Positions 39,780 to 53,917 are shown, counted from the first letter of the whole stretch. The stretch is DNA of 63,827 nt, filler included, from Octopus bimaculoides (GCF_001194135.2; 7 parts of 7 records of this genome joined end to end with filler, not necessarily neighbours in it); one strand, 5' to 3'. Notes: a model not told the origin generated them from the letters alone. Made by a program: numbers and translations.

Positions 39780-41764
39780 TATGTAGTGGGAGGCAACTCT
39801 AACAAACTATAATATTAAGTAAAACCTAGAAAATCTATAAAGGGAGGCTACTCGTTCAAATTATTATATTCAAATGTTTAATATTGTGAGACAACGCGAC
39901 GGCTTAAATGTCTTTACGTTTTTTATGTGTATAACAGGTCGGACACCAGTTTTTTTATGTTGGTTGTTTATCACAACAACAGGTCGTTGAAGTGTGAGAT
40001 ATACTATATCTTTATTTATAATGTTTTCATTCGTAAGTTATAACAAATATTATTGTTTATTTAATTTTAAACTATAATGATAATTTCGTTACTTATAACT
40101 TAATTATAAGTATTTATCACTAAGTATAACTCTTAGTTTAGTTTAGGCTGCGTAAATGTTATGATGTATACATGACAAGACGCTGAATGAGTGTTTATTA
40201 CGTGCATGTATNNNNNNNNNNTTATAGAAATTTAGAAACAAAACATTTCATCGTAGGGAATTTACGACTTAAATTTATTATTAACTAGTTTCTCATTCTA
40301 ACTAATAAGGTTTCACGACAATTCAATATTGTCGGATTTGAGTATTGAACATGACATATATATTAGCCTATACTCAAAAGGGTGAGTGTCGCGGACTTGA
40401 GTAATGTCCAACGAACACTGGAGATTTTTCCGAAAATCAGGGTTTTTATAACTACTCATACACGAATCATAGAACCGTAACCCGGTGAAAGATTTCTTCA
40501 ACGAAGTTCATAATTCGTATATAGGCAGTAATTTTTAACCAGTGAGAAATCAATAATTTCTCATGTTCGGGCAAACGAACTTACGTTCTCTCTCCGCCCC
40601 TTATGAGTTTGCTACACGTTCAAATCTCGCTGAGGCATCTTTTCTTTTCATCCTCTTACAACCAATACATAAAGCATTAGTTCAGCTCTAGGATAAATTC
40701 TTATTCCTGTTTTTCTCTGAATTCTATCCATAATGCTGGTCGTGACGCTATTCGGTCTGAGAATTACACTGTGAGCACACGGGTCCATGGATTACGCAGC
40801 TACATCCACGTTAATTTCACGAGCGACTGTATTTTGATCATCAATGGAATATATGCTAGTTGCCCTGCTTGCACGGGTTCTTGTGACTCTCTGTCACCAT
40901 CCAATTCTATTCGGTACGAATTTAAACTGAGAGATTCTTGGCCATTAGCTGAATGCACAACCATGGATATATTGCAGTTACTTTCTTGTTTGAGCATGTT
41001 GATCTTAACCGTTGATCTTCTAGGATTCCTAGCATCAAGGTGAAGATCCCGTCGGTTCAGTTGATCCCTTCTGATGCCTCTTCACAATCTGCCAGGGTGG
41101 CTGAACGAATGTATACGTTGCCAAAAGGCAACTCGAGGCTACACGGTGAGATGTTTTCAAGATACCCACAAACCCATTATCATCGATACCGACTGAAAAT
41201 GTATCAGGAAGTCAAAAGTTGTTGTTACTCGCTAATAAGAATAATGTTAGAAAATAAAATATAATTGAAGAAACTTATTGTAATCACTTTTCGACGGTGC
41301 CTTTTGATAACAATGAGTGATTGATAACATTAAGTAGTGGCCATAACAATGACAAGACACTTGACGAACGTGCCAAACTGTGGTATTGAACCCAAGACCA
41401 CATGATCGGGAAGCAGGCTTCTCAACCACACAGCTACGTGTCATCCTTTGGCAGATTTCACTCTGTTGTAAACATTTCATGTTAAGTTTGAAGTTAACTT
41501 CTTCCTTTCCTATAAACACTTCCAGAAAACCCGGAAAACAAAATAGTGATGGATGCGGCCCTTCCTACTCCGACTAAGCGTTTAAGAAATTATTATTGGG
41601 TATCACCAAAGTACCTTTGTTTGTTTGCGCTGTAACAGAAAAGCAGAAACATTTCCCCCGTTTCTAGAAATAGATTCTGCAGTTACCTCCCTTCCATTAA
41701 TAACGGTTTCCACTGTTCTACTTTGTTTTATTGTATTTTATTATAATTTATCGTTTATCTTACA

Positions 41765-41901
41765 CTTGTTCCACTTCGGACGGCTGCAGTCGAACGAATT
41801 GACACCAGATCTTATTTTCTAAAACTTGGCTCATAGTCTCTTTTGCCGAACTGTTTGCTCACAGGAACGTAACAGACCAAGCGATGGTAGGGGGTCTACT
41901 C

Positions 41902-41939
<38 letters not shown>
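41765..41939 (-). mobile_element. Diverged SINE family A 3' half
   Basis: CGGCTGCAGTCGAACGAATTGACACCAG...TCTCTTTTGCCGAAC...AAGCGATGGT followed by (CA)n into a gap. Confidence 0.55.
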
Positions 41940-44900
41940 NNNNNNNNNNNNNNNNNNNNNNNNNNNNNNNNNNNNNNNNNNNNNNNNNNNNNNNNNNNNN
42001 NNNNNNNNNNNNNNNNNNNNNNNNNNNNNNNNNNNNNNNNNNNNNNNNNNNNNNNNNNNNNNNNNNNNNNNNNNNNNNNNNNNNNNNNNNNNNNNNNNNN
42101 NNNNNNNNNNNNNNNNNNNNNNNNNNNNNNNNNNNNNNNNNNNNNNNNNNNNNNNNNNNNNNNNNNNNNNNNNNNNNNNNNNNNNNNNNNNNNNNNNNNN
42201 NNNNNNNNNNNNNNNNNNNNNNNNNNNNNNNNNNNNNNNNNNNNNNNNNNNNNNNNNNNNNNNNNNNNNNNNNNNNNNNNNNNNNNNNNNNNNNNNNNNN
42301 NNNNNNNNNNNNNNNNNNNNNNNNNNNNNNNNNNNNNNNNNNNNATATATATTGATTAAAACAGAATGACTGTCCCCTGACGCAACAAAAGGTGTTGGTG
42401 TGGAGTTTATGTGTATTATTACAGTTTGTTAAATGCTTGTATGTGTGGTGGTGGAGGTGGATGCCTTATTCGCTATACTCGTGTGAATTGGTATATTGGC
42501 TATATTGGCTATACCGGTGTGAAATACTCTTGTTAATATAGAACGTTTTAATAATTGAAATCCCACCAAAAGAGGTGCGTAGCTATATTTTATTCTTCCT
42601 AAAAAGTTGAAAGAGCCATTTCTGAATCGCTTCCTAAATTTTACAGTTTTGTTTTCGTCGTCGTTTAACTCACGGTCATCCCTGACTGAACACGTCTTTG
42701 ATCAATGACTTGTTCAGTCAGAGTCCATCCTGTGTTTATTTAAGTCACAATAAATCTACATTTTTTTTCTTTTCGAAGACTTTAAAGTCGGTCCTCATTA
42801 AGATTTGGTTATTATTCCTAGCAAGTCAAGCGATTGTGTGAACGTAGAGGTGCGCCCCTCTTTTGCCTCAGTTTAATGGTGCGCTGCTTATTTAGTTTTT
42901 TAAAAATTTATTTACTTACTTAAGACCTTCGCTTCCCCTGAAGCATAAGCCATCGACGACTTTCCTTCACTGTTCTCCACTCTGGGCTGTCTACTTCTCC
43001 CACAATTATATCTGTGAAAAGAGCGTTTAATAATGTCTACACCTTTCTGATGCCTTGCCATTAGTTCGAGTTGCGACCATTTCCTTTTACATCGTCTGCG
43101 TGATTGAATGAGGGAAGAGAGGAAGAAATTACAACTCAGAGATTCTTGTCGTAGGAAACAACCCATAGTGCATAAAATTATCTTTCGATAATGATCTGCC
43201 GAAAATGTTTGCAGCAGTGTGTACCCTACTAAAAGTCCATGGGAGCCAGATGTTGATGCTAAACTCCGTAGCAGATTCTGATTCTATCTCACTACTCGCC
43301 TCCTTGGGCAGGTATTTTCTTTCATACCTTTACGACGAAAAAATGTTTCATCGAAATTGTGAGGAAAATCGTCAAGGAAGGAGTCTTCCACATAGTTTCA
43401 TGTCTACAACCCTTTTCTTGAGTTGTATATAATACGTCCGGTTTTATACCCCCCACCTACCCAATGGAAGCTTTCAAAGCAAGTTCATCTCTTACCAGCA
43501 TTCAGGAAACCCTTCTCACTGGACATAAATTTCTCACTTCTTACCATTCTTTCAGACCCTGAAAACGGCATTCATTGGACCACATTTCATTTAGAGACGA
43601 TTTTCATTCAGTCAATTTTCATTGAAGAAATTCTCTTTAATACAACTGTTACTGAGCCGGGTTTTATTGGGACAGCTCTCATTTAGCTTATCTCTTATCA
43701 AATCCAATATTCATTAATAAGCCGACTCTCGTTTATTTAATAATCATTGAGCTTATTTCTTGTTCATAGCATTCTATTCGTGCTTCAGCAAAACCGTTTT
43801 ATGTGCAACCTGTTAATGAGACGTAGTGTCGGACAAGTAGGTTATTTTCACATTAGACTAAATCAGCCTCTAGTCCATACAGCAACGTATTTTACATCAA
43901 TAACCAATAACATGATAACCTTCACTCAGCAGCTGAATGCTTTTTTACTTTTCTTGGGTGAAAGGAAAGAAGCGTTGGATGAAATCAATAAAACAAATAA
44001 AATGATGCAATAACTATATTTCTCATCTGTCTACATAATTGGTTTTATAACACAAACCTTTTAAAGCATGTTTACTTCCAGTTTTATAACGTCATATCTC
44101 AAGTGTACCGACAGATGGCATTTCAATCGTGTTGTTTATTTATTCACTTATTTATTTGAAGCAACTATTGCAGATTTAGCACGTCCTTCACATGAAGTGT
44201 TTGTATACAAGGGCGGAACGACTGCTGTGACTTTGCCGATAAAATTGCTCAGTCTTTTCAGTTCTTGCAGCTAGTGCTCAATCATTTCACATCTGCTGCT
44301 TTGCTCTTTGTAAAAGCATGACTATAACCAGGTTATATTATACTCCCTTCCCTGAAAGTTATGCAAAATCAATTTGTTTACACAACTGTATTGGTTTTCA
44401 GAAATGAACGAACATCTCAACATCAAAATACCATAATCTTTGCAAAATGTATTACGGCTTTATGCTTTACATTTCGCTAACATTTTTGTGGAAGTCGCAG
44501 ACCCCGCCGACTTCATACTTTTGTTTTATCTTAAAACAATATAAAATTCATTTCCTATATACTACTTTAATCACATCATATGATGATCGGTGGTGGTGGT
44601 GATGGTGCTGCTGCTGCTGCTGCTGATGATGATGGGGGTGGGGTGGGATATTTGATTATTGTTATGCGTTATAAATTTCTACAACGTCGTCGTTTATCTC
44701 AATATAACACATTAATTCGGGGAGCAATCTTCAGTATTGTGTAAGAGCGTTGTGATAGCACTCTCTACCAGAAATATTTATTTGAATATGTCTGACATTG
44801 TAACACAAATAAATTTATAAAAGTGAAAAACAATGCAAACATAAAATCAGTGAAGAATCTTTCAGAACAATAATCAATTCAACCTCCCATGTTTCGATAT

Positions 44901-45589
44901 GCATCCTTGAATGAGTGATGTACATTATTTATTGCAGAGCAAGGAATACCTTTCGTTCGTCTAATTGTAGTATTTTACAAATCAACAATACATCAGTGAC
45001 CAAGTACAGATTTCTCTGCTGCTTACATGGGAAATTTGTGTTTCTAACATAGAAGCTATTCACAGAAAAGAATGTCGAGGGCGGCGTAAATCAGATGTCG
45101 TTACGTCAGTATCCATATTGTGTAAAAGGTTTTGATACTGAATCGTATCGTGTAGTTCACAATCACTAGCTTTGTGCGCAAATTTCTCGCCATGGTCTCT
45201 TTCGCCTAATCCTTCTTTCATGAACAAGAGACTAGGAACCTGAAATATACTTTGTTCTACTGATTATAACTTCGCCCTAATTGAATAATAGATCGTCGTG
45301 ACTGGGTAAACCAAACTACTCATCATTTATTTTCATTAGTTCGTCCGTCGTTGTCGACGATGACCAAGGACATCACATAGGAAAAAAAAAGACGGGGCAC
45401 TGTGTGTATGGCTGTGGGCAATCAGTCCCATACGTGCTCGGAAAGGTCTACTGCAGGTCAAGCACTGGTGGTCTGTTGGAACTGAAGGCAAAGAGTTAGC
45501 TTTGGATTTGTGCAGTTCGTGTTTTCTTTGTGCCGTGGGGATTTGAGCGTGTCCTTGAAGCGATTATTTCTGTCTACCTTGAGTGCACT

Positions 45590-46607
45590 TGCCTTCCACC
45601 AGTTCACAAGTTTACGAGTGGTTTTCATGCTTTCGGAATGATCACTTGTCGCTTGAAGACTAACTTCGTTCAGGACGACCGTCGATCTCCCAAACGAATG
45701 AAAACAACACAAAAGTTCATGAACTGATGTTGGGGGATCGTCACCGAACAATTAATGAAGTTGTTGATATGACTGGTGTGTCCTGGAGCTCCTACCAACA
45801 GATTTTGAGCGAGGAATTGTGAATGAAAAGAGTTACAGCAAAATTTGTGTCTCGCTTGCTTACGGAAGATCAAAAGCAGTCACGGCTGAACGTGTGCCGC
45901 GAACAGGTGGAACTTCATCCGGACCTTTTTTTCGAAGGTCATCACTGGTGGCGAAAGCTGGTGCTTCGGCTACGACCCGGAAACGAAGCAGCAACCAATC
46001 AATGAAAGCGATCAATGTCACCACTCCACAAAAAAGCGCGTTAAGTGAAGTCCAGTGCTACGATGATGTTGATTTGTTTCATCGATGCGAAAGGAATTGA
46101 CCACACAGAATATTTTCCTCCTGGTCAAGCTGTTAACCAGGCATTTTACTTGGCAGTTCTGATGCGTTTGCGAGACGCGGTGGGATGAAAACTTCCCGGT
46201 CTGTGGCAAAGTGGAGAGCGATGGTTTCATCACGACAATGCGCCTGCGCACACCGCCTTGCGCGTGAGACAGTTTGGGGCCAAAAATGGCATGACCCCGC
46301 TTATCCACCGTCCTTATTTCACCCGATCTTCATCTCTGTGACTTTTTTTTTGTTCCTCCGAATGAAAAGAACTCCTTAAAGGAAAATGTTTTGCAGATGT
46401 GGAAGAGTTGAAGAAAGAAACAACGAAGGCGATAAAAGGCACCATTTCGCAAGCGTTCCAAGATTGCTTCGAAGAGTGGAAAACGCGTCTGGGCCGATGC
46501 GTTGCTTCAAATGAAGAATACTTTGAAGGCGATAGAAGTGTAAACATGTAAAACCGAGTGAATAAAATTATATTGCAAAATTCCGGTTTTTTTGGGGTAG
46601 ACCCTCG

Positions 46608-46609
<2 letters not shown>
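45590..46609 (+). mobile_element. mariner transposase pseudogene with 3' TIR
   Basis: Frames VYEWFS...LRSGRPS, MKRVTAKFVSRLLTEDQK, WFHHDNAPAH, KGKCFADVEELKKE; ends AATTCCGGTTTTTTTGGGGTAGACCCTCGTA; many stops and frameshifts. Confidence 0.9.
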
Positions 46610-46659
<50 letters not shown>

Positions 46660-46759
46660 TGTGTGTATAAACACAGAAATTTGTGTCTAGCTCTGTGGGT
46701 AGGTGTATGTATGTTTGTGGTTATTTGTATGTGTTTGCTTATTTGTATGTATGTGTGTG

Positions 46760-46791
<32 letters not shown>

Positions 46792-47321
46792 TGAGAAGCA
46801 GGCTGCATAACATAACTCATCATTAAAGTCAGCCACACTACTAGAGCATTTCAAGGTAATTTTCCGTTAGGCGCGCCATTCAGTAAGTCCCCGAGAGCCG
46901 CTGGCTGCTCATGACTGATGTATTGCGTACGTATATGCACAAATAAAAGCGCGCGCGTGTGTGTATGTGTAAGTATGTGTTAGTGAAACCTGCAAGAACA
47001 ATGTGGTGTATGAGGTGGGGGGGGAGATGTAGGTACTTATTTGGCAACCTTTCAAACATCAGCATGGCAATAGAAATGGCGTATTATTGTTGTACTTTCT
47101 AACATATATTATGTTACTAGTTTACAGATAACATCCATTGTTTTCAAACAACACCTTTTTATAACTCGGCTACTGTGGTCGGATCGATATTTTTTACACC
47201 GACACACACCGACACAGACAACGCGTACATACGCATGTGTGTGCGTGTGGATATATGTATATATAAATATATGTTCATGTATGTGTGTGTAGTGGAAGAG
47301 GTCGATAGATATATAGATAGA

Positions 47322-47353
<32 letters not shown>

Positions 47354-47594
47354 TTGATATACACATTGAGAGGTAGATAGACAGAAAGACAGACACACAG
47401 ACAAGCAGACATACAGCCATACAGACAGCTAGAATGACGGACAAACAGGCAGGCAGGCAGGCCGACAGACTGACGGGTACATGTATTCCGATATGTGTGG
47501 GGCTGTTTGTAGTCTCCTGACTATTTGTACATGCACAGGACATAATCTTTGGTTCCTAAAAATACTGCACGTGGTAGGAATGCCTCCCCAAACA

Positions 47595-47646
<52 letters not shown>

Positions 47647-47746
47647 NNNNNNNNNNNNNNNNNNNNNNNNNNNNNNNNNNNNNNNNNNNNTTAATTAATT
47701 AANNNNNNNNNNNNNNNNNNNNNNNNNNNNNNNNNNNNNNNNNNNN
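47647..47746. other. Artificial assembly spacer
   Basis: 44 N + TTAATTAATTAA (47691-47702) + 44 N. Confidence 0.95.
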
Positions 47747-47780
<34 letters not shown>

Positions 47781-47802
47781 CAAACACACACACACGCACA
47801 CA

Positions 47803-47849
<47 letters not shown>

Positions 47850-47984
47850 TCGTTCATACGCTCACATCAAATGCATAGAGGTGGACATAGCTGAGTGTGT
47901 GTGTGTGTGTGTGTATAGAGATAGATAGACAGATTCATAGTTACGTGCGTGTGTAAATGTATGTGTACCTGTGACTCTTGTTGA

Positions 47985-48110
47985 CTAGTGGTTAGGGTTT
48001 GAGGCATGATGTGTCTTGGGTTCAATTTCTGAACCGGGAATACCCTCTGTCCTTGAGCAAGGCACTTCATTACATGTTACTCTAGTTAAGTCTGGTGTAA
48101 AAGAGTGCTG
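47985..48110 (+). mobile_element. CORE-like tRNA-derived SINE fragment
   Basis: TAGTGGTTAGGG...GGTTCAATTTCTG...GTCCTTGAGCAAGGCACTT (tRNA head plus a CORE-like central block). Confidence 0.5.
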
Positions 48111-48143
48111 GACGGGTGCTGCAGCAGCTCCTCCTCCCTCCCC

Positions 48144-48212
<69 letters not shown>

Positions 48213-49093
48213 ACCAGCTTTCACTTCCTGGATGTATCCCTAGGTCAAAGGATGATAGGGTAACAGGGTTGCATGTATATCTATGTCCTCTCGCTGTTTT
48301 ATAGATGCTGGAAACAATTATTGAAAACTTGGTATCTGCTACCAAGTGGTAACAGCTAGCTCTTTACGTCTCTCTCTCTCCCTCTCTCCCTCTCTCCCCT
48401 CCCCTCTTTCTCTCCCTCTCTCCCCTCCCCTCTTTCTCTCCCTCTCTCTCTCTCTCCCTCTCTCTCTCCTTCTCTCTCCCTCTCTCCCTCTCTCNNNNNN
48501 NNNNNNNNNNNNNNNNNNNNNNNNNNNNNNNNNNNNNNNNNNNNNNNNNNNNNNNNNNNNNNNNNNNNNNNNNNNNNNNNNNNNNNNNNNNNNNNNNNNN
48601 NNNNNNNNNNNNNNNNNNNNNNNNNNNNNNNNNNNNNNNNNNNNNNNNNNNNNNNNNNNNNNNNNNNNNNNNNNNNNNNNNNNNNNNNNNNNNNNNNNNN
48701 NNNNNNNNNNNNNNNNNNNNNNNNNNNNNNNNNNNNNNNNNNNNNNNNNNNNNNNNNNNNNNNNNNNNNNNNNNNNNNNNNNNNNNNNNNNNNNNNNNNN
48801 NNNNNNNNNNNNNNNNNNNNNNNNNNNNNNNNNNNNNNNNNNNNNNNNNNNNNNNNNNNNNNNNNNNNNNNNNNNNNNNNNNNNNNNNNNNNNNNNNNNN
48901 NNNNNNNNNNNNNNNNNNNNNNNNNNNNNNNNNNNNNNNNNNNNNNNNNNNNNNNATATATATATATATATATATATAAATTTAAATAGTAAGGGTGAAA
49001 AATTGAATATTAATTCGATTAATATCAATTTAAAACCAGTGGCCTAGCATATTGAAATATTTGAAGATTCAGAAAAATTATATTACATACATA

Positions 49094-49504
49094 TAAGAGG
49101 GATGATCACTAAGTGGACATCCATTATGCTAGAAGAAGACCACCTATGGTCTGACCACTAAGAAAAGATTGTTCTCAAGAAAATTCAGCAAACTTAGGTA
49201 AATGTCCGCAACTCATCAGTGTGATCGTCATAGCAATATAACTTGCAGAATTATACACGAGACGTCCCCATGAGATTGAACATGTATATAGTTCTATCAA
49301 TTACATTTGGGGTTATATATCAAAAGTCTTCGTTTTGGCGCGCCAAATACCGGAAATAATTCTGCAGAAAATAATTCTGTGCAGTGAAATTTGCCGGTTA
49401 GAGAACATGGTTATTTATGAATTTTTTTGAGAACGATCTTTTCTTAGTGGTCAGACCATAGGTGGTCTTCTAGCATAATGGATGTCCACTTAGTGGTCAT
49501 CCCT

Positions 49505-49508
<4 letters not shown>
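49094..49508. mobile_element. Tc1/mariner-type MITE with ~95-bp TIRs
   Basis: TAAGAGGGATGATCACTAAGTGGACATCCATTATGCTAGAAG...GACCACCTATGGTCTGACCACTAAGAAAAG is mirrored at ~49418-49508; TA flanks both ends; a diverged TIR piece also occurs at ~30519-30600. Confidence 0.9.
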
Positions 49509-49549
<41 letters not shown>

Positions 49550-49900
49550 AATTAAAGGTTTTTCCAAAGCCATAGATTCATACGGCCAGTTCCCAGGATT
49601 TCGTGACGTATGTAATCCTTAGCCTGCCTCCGGATGGAACACCGGTCTGTCGCAGGATTACTCATTTTTGCTAGCTCAAGAACATATCACATCGTCCTGT
49701 CGAGAAATAGAACAATCTTATGATTATGAGTGCGATACCCTAACTACCAAGGCATGTGCTTCCACTGCATATATGATTGTTAAATCTTGCTATATACTAG
49801 CCAGTATTAGGTACGGTAGATTATGCCAGTTTAACCGTATGATGCGGTTTAGATTTAGGGAAGTATTTATTTAAAGGCTGAAATAAAATTTTACTCCTAT

Positions 49901-50317
49901 AAGGCGTGGTTGTGTGGTAAGAAGCTTACTTCTCAACCACATGGTTCCGGTTTCAGTCCCACTGTGTGACACCTTGGGCAAATGTCTTCTACTACAACTT
50001 CGGGCCGACCAAAATCTTGTAAGTGGATTTGGTAGACGGAGACTAAAAGAAGTCCGTCGTATATATATATACATATATATATGTGTGTGTGTGTGTGTGT
50101 GTATGGTTGTGTTCGTGTCGCCCCCCCCCCACCACATCGCCTGACTACCTATGTTTGTGTGTTTATGTCACCGAAACTTAGCGGATCGGCAAAAGAGACC
50201 GATAGAATAAGTACCATACTTACAAAGAATAAGTCCTGGGGTCGAATTGTTCAACTAAAGGCGGTGCTTCAGCATGGCCGCAGTCAAATGACTGAAACAT
50301 GTAAAAGAATAAAAGAG
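49901..50317 (+). mobile_element. SINE family A, full length
   Basis: Same bipartite structure as 51219-51645, with central (TA)n(TG)n. Confidence 0.85.
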
Positions 50318-50351
50318 AATGATCTACTTTAGAGCATTATGAGCAGACTAT

Positions 50352-50701
<350 letters not shown>

Positions 50702-50819
50702 AATGTTTTGTCCTGTGCCATCCATAATGTTTCTCTTGATGTAAACATTTTGTAATCATTAAAGAAATGGTCGTCATCATCATCATCATAGTCGTCTTCA
50801 TTATTATTAATGTTCTTAT

Positions 50820-51391
50820 TGTTATTTACTTTTAACCTGCATGTTTGTTACAATCACTTGCCGAGACACACCCAACATCCTCGGGAGAGTGAAGGATAAG
50901 AGATGTTACAGTATGACTGAAAGCTTGGGAAGAGAAGTGGCAGGGGCAGTAGCGACATACCTTCGTGTAATATAACACAGACTTTTAAATTGATAGGGTT
51001 TTTCTAAGGATGCTCACTGTACTTTTCAGCACAATCTATTGGATTTCTCTGAGACATGGTTCTCCTAGGATGTTGTCTAGATGTTTTTGATATCCGCTTT
51101 TTTTTATCATACCTACGGCACCCACAATAACAGGAACATGCTTTAAGATGCCACATCTTTTGCATTTCAATTTCCACGTCCTTATATTTACGTAATTTGT
51201 CAAATTCCTTTACACATAAAGGCGTAGGAGTGGCTGTGTGGTAAGTAGCTTGCTTACGAACCACATGGTTCCGGGTTCTGTCCCACTGCGTGGCACCTTG
51301 GGCAAGTATCTTCTACTATAGCCTCGGGCCGACCAAAGCCTTGTGAGTGGATTTGGTAGATGGAAACTGAAAGAAGCCCGTCGTATATATG

Positions 51392-51424
<33 letters not shown>

Positions 51425-52145
51425 ATGTGTGTGTATGTTTGTGTGTTTGTCTCCCCAACATCGCTTGACAACCGATGTTGGTGTGTTTACGTCACTGTAG
51501 CTTAGCGGTTCGGCAAAAGAGACCGATAGAATAAGTACTAGGCTTCCAAAGAATAAGTCCTGGGGCCGATTTGCTCGACTAAAAGGCGGTGCTCCAGCAT
51601 GGCCGCAGTCAAATAACTGAAACAAGTAAAAGAGTAAAAAGAGAGAAATATCTTTTAGCAGTGGGAGCACTTACATCTATTAGTCAACAAGTATTTTCTT
51701 CCCCGTCTTTAATAGTATATTCTGTCGGTGTTGACAGAGGATAGTGACACTTTTACCTTCAATGACTGGCTTAGGGTTATGTTCATACCAGTAAGCAGGA
51801 CTGCCGATTTTGTAGTGTTCACAGATTTTCCAATGTAAATACTGTCAATGTAAATTTTGTATTCGTTTTATGTCAGCACAGGGCATCAAGAAACGAGATG
51901 GTCTATTGTCTCGTCACATGTGTCGCAGAGTCTGCATTTAAGGTCAGAACCGCTTTGAAAAACGTTAGCTTGGTAGTTTTGGGTAGTCAAGCTTTGATCT
52001 TGTGCCGTCAATATGAAACCTTTAGTCTCTGCTTTCAGTCCTGAACTTCTCATCCACTGATGGATTGTTGCTTGGTCTACATCTGCATTTCTACTTCGAA
52101 AAATATAACAGTCCATGCAGGGGCTTCTGGCTTCACCGCTCCTCA
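50820..52145 (-). mobile_element. R4/Dong-type retrotransposon 3' part (CCHC knuckle, RLE domain, 3' UTR), interrupted by a SINE
   Basis: KAETKGFILTAQDQSLTTQNY...CRLCDTCDETIDHLVS, WYEHNP and KEFDKLRKYKDVEIEMQKMW; 5'-truncated. Confidence 0.85.
51219..51645 (+). mobile_element. SINE family A, full length, inserted in the R4 relic
   Basis: tRNA-like head AGGCGTAGGAGTGGCTGTGTGGTAAG...GGTTCTGTCCC, central (TA)n(TG)n, tail GGCGGTGCTCCAGCATGGCCGCAGTC...AAGAGTAAAAA. Confidence 0.9.
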
Positions 52146-52203
<58 letters not shown>

Positions 52204-52640
52204 GTTGTTGTTGTTGTTGTCGTGATTGAACTGGTACTTCAATCTGATAACCTTGGAAGAAGGAAGACAAAGCAAATTCAGCAGGATTCGAACTCAGAAT
52301 GCAAATGCCATTAGTCCGTATGTCGGCTCTAACGCCCCACATTTTAACAATGCAATATAAATAGGTACAACGATAGCTGTCAACCTAGATATCTAAAACA
52401 GAGTAAGGATGTCAGATAGATAACAAGAAATATCATATATAACTTTGAACAATAACAAAATACAAGACAACCACTGTTAGGCTTGACCTCTTCCATTCAC
52501 CGAAACAGCTGGCCCAGGCGAAGGTCAGTGCAGAAATCAGTAAATACCGATAAGAAAGATTCGCACAAAATTAAACGTTATGGATGTCATCAGCTTTCTT
52601 CTCTTTCGCCTTCTTGTTTTATTTTATGTTTTTATTTGCG

Positions 52641-52645
<5 letters not shown>

Positions 52646-52707
<62 letters not shown>
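52646..52707. repeat. (ATT)n microsatellite
   Basis: Direct reading; others at 27017-27058 and 52148-52203. Confidence 0.95.
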
Positions 52708-53215
52708 GCGATTATTATTTCCTCTATGACAATTTGATTTCTAAACAGTTCGCCTTGTTATATTTCTCTTTCTATGCGACAAGCGTCTTTCTTTCTTTCT
52801 TTCTTTCTTTCTTCGAGTTATCTAAATTTGTCCTTTCTTTCCTCCCTCCCCACTCTTATAAAAGCGCAGTAAGTTAGACATAAAACAGTGATAACACTAA
52901 AGATGAAGGATGACGTCGGCGACGATCCTGCTATAATATTCTGTATTGCCCATAAGAGCGGCAGTTGAGGAGATACATCAAGGACAAGTTACAAAAGCAT
53001 TTGGTTGGTAGATTACGCAGAATCAATTATGAAAAGTACAGGATATGAAAAGTAACTGGACACTGAAGGAATAAAATGAGACTTCTTGATTGGGGGATCC
53101 AGGATTACCTTGACTATTAGGGGCATTTACATTTTCCTAGCTATGTTATCTAGCCTAAATGTACACCCTAAGAGAAGACCAATTCAATGTGACTATATTC
53201 CCCACTCTCACTCAC

Positions 53216-53373
53216 GTTTTAGAAACTTTATTAGTGGAATATATCCTTTCCCATACTCACTACTCTCTATATGTGAAATCTGAAGAAGATAATGAATCTT
53301 GATTATCAGAGAAGCGTCAGTTCTCAGACCTTTCGATCTTGTCCTCAGTACAACTTCTTTCACAATTTCAAAC
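53216..53373 (-). other. Candidate 158-nt exon, unassigned
   Basis: Acceptor TTTTTACTTTCAG and donor GTGAGT; a single frame is open for 52 codons (FEIVKEVVLRTRSKG...IKFLK). Confidence 0.25.
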
Positions 53374-53725
53374 CTGAAAGTAAAAAGCTGTCTACGCTTC
53401 GTGACAAAGAAGAGATGGCTTACCATGAGTGATCCTTACCATGTATTCTACTAATAGTGCTATATCCGTTATACAGGCAGCAACACCTCTACGAAGTTTC
53501 ACAGTGTAAAATATATAAATATATAGTTTTTTTATCATTATCTTATGATTTTTACTTTGTATTATATTATACTTATTTATCGTGCATTTAATCATTAATT
53601 TTTCTATATGTGACTGTGAATTTTCATGGATGAGTTCATGAACTTTGGCTCTTTTATCTAAAACTATATATATATATATATATTTATATACATATATATT
53701 TATATACATATATATATATATGTAT

Positions 53726-53917
53726 ATACAAAACCCTTTAGATTCACTTCAACATTTAAATTTAATATTTTCGTCGTTTTGAAACCACAACCTGTTCACT
53801 GACAAATTTCGTGCTGCATCTCATTTTGTCAGTGAACAGGTCGCGGTTTTAAAACGACAAAAATATTTTGACACAAATTAAATTTAAATGTTGAAGTGAA
53901 TATAATGGTTTTTGTAT
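53726..53917. repeat. Imperfect palindrome or foldback element
   Basis: Arms ~53726-53806 and ~53824-53917 are reverse complements (ATTCACTTCAACATTTAAATTTAAT; CCTGTTCACTGACAAA); one arm has a short extra segment. Confidence 0.85.

Noticed and set aside
45346-45365. 13-nt match to miR-981 (TCGTTGTCGACGA)
   Set aside because: No complementary 5' arm or hairpin, and the 3' end diverges.
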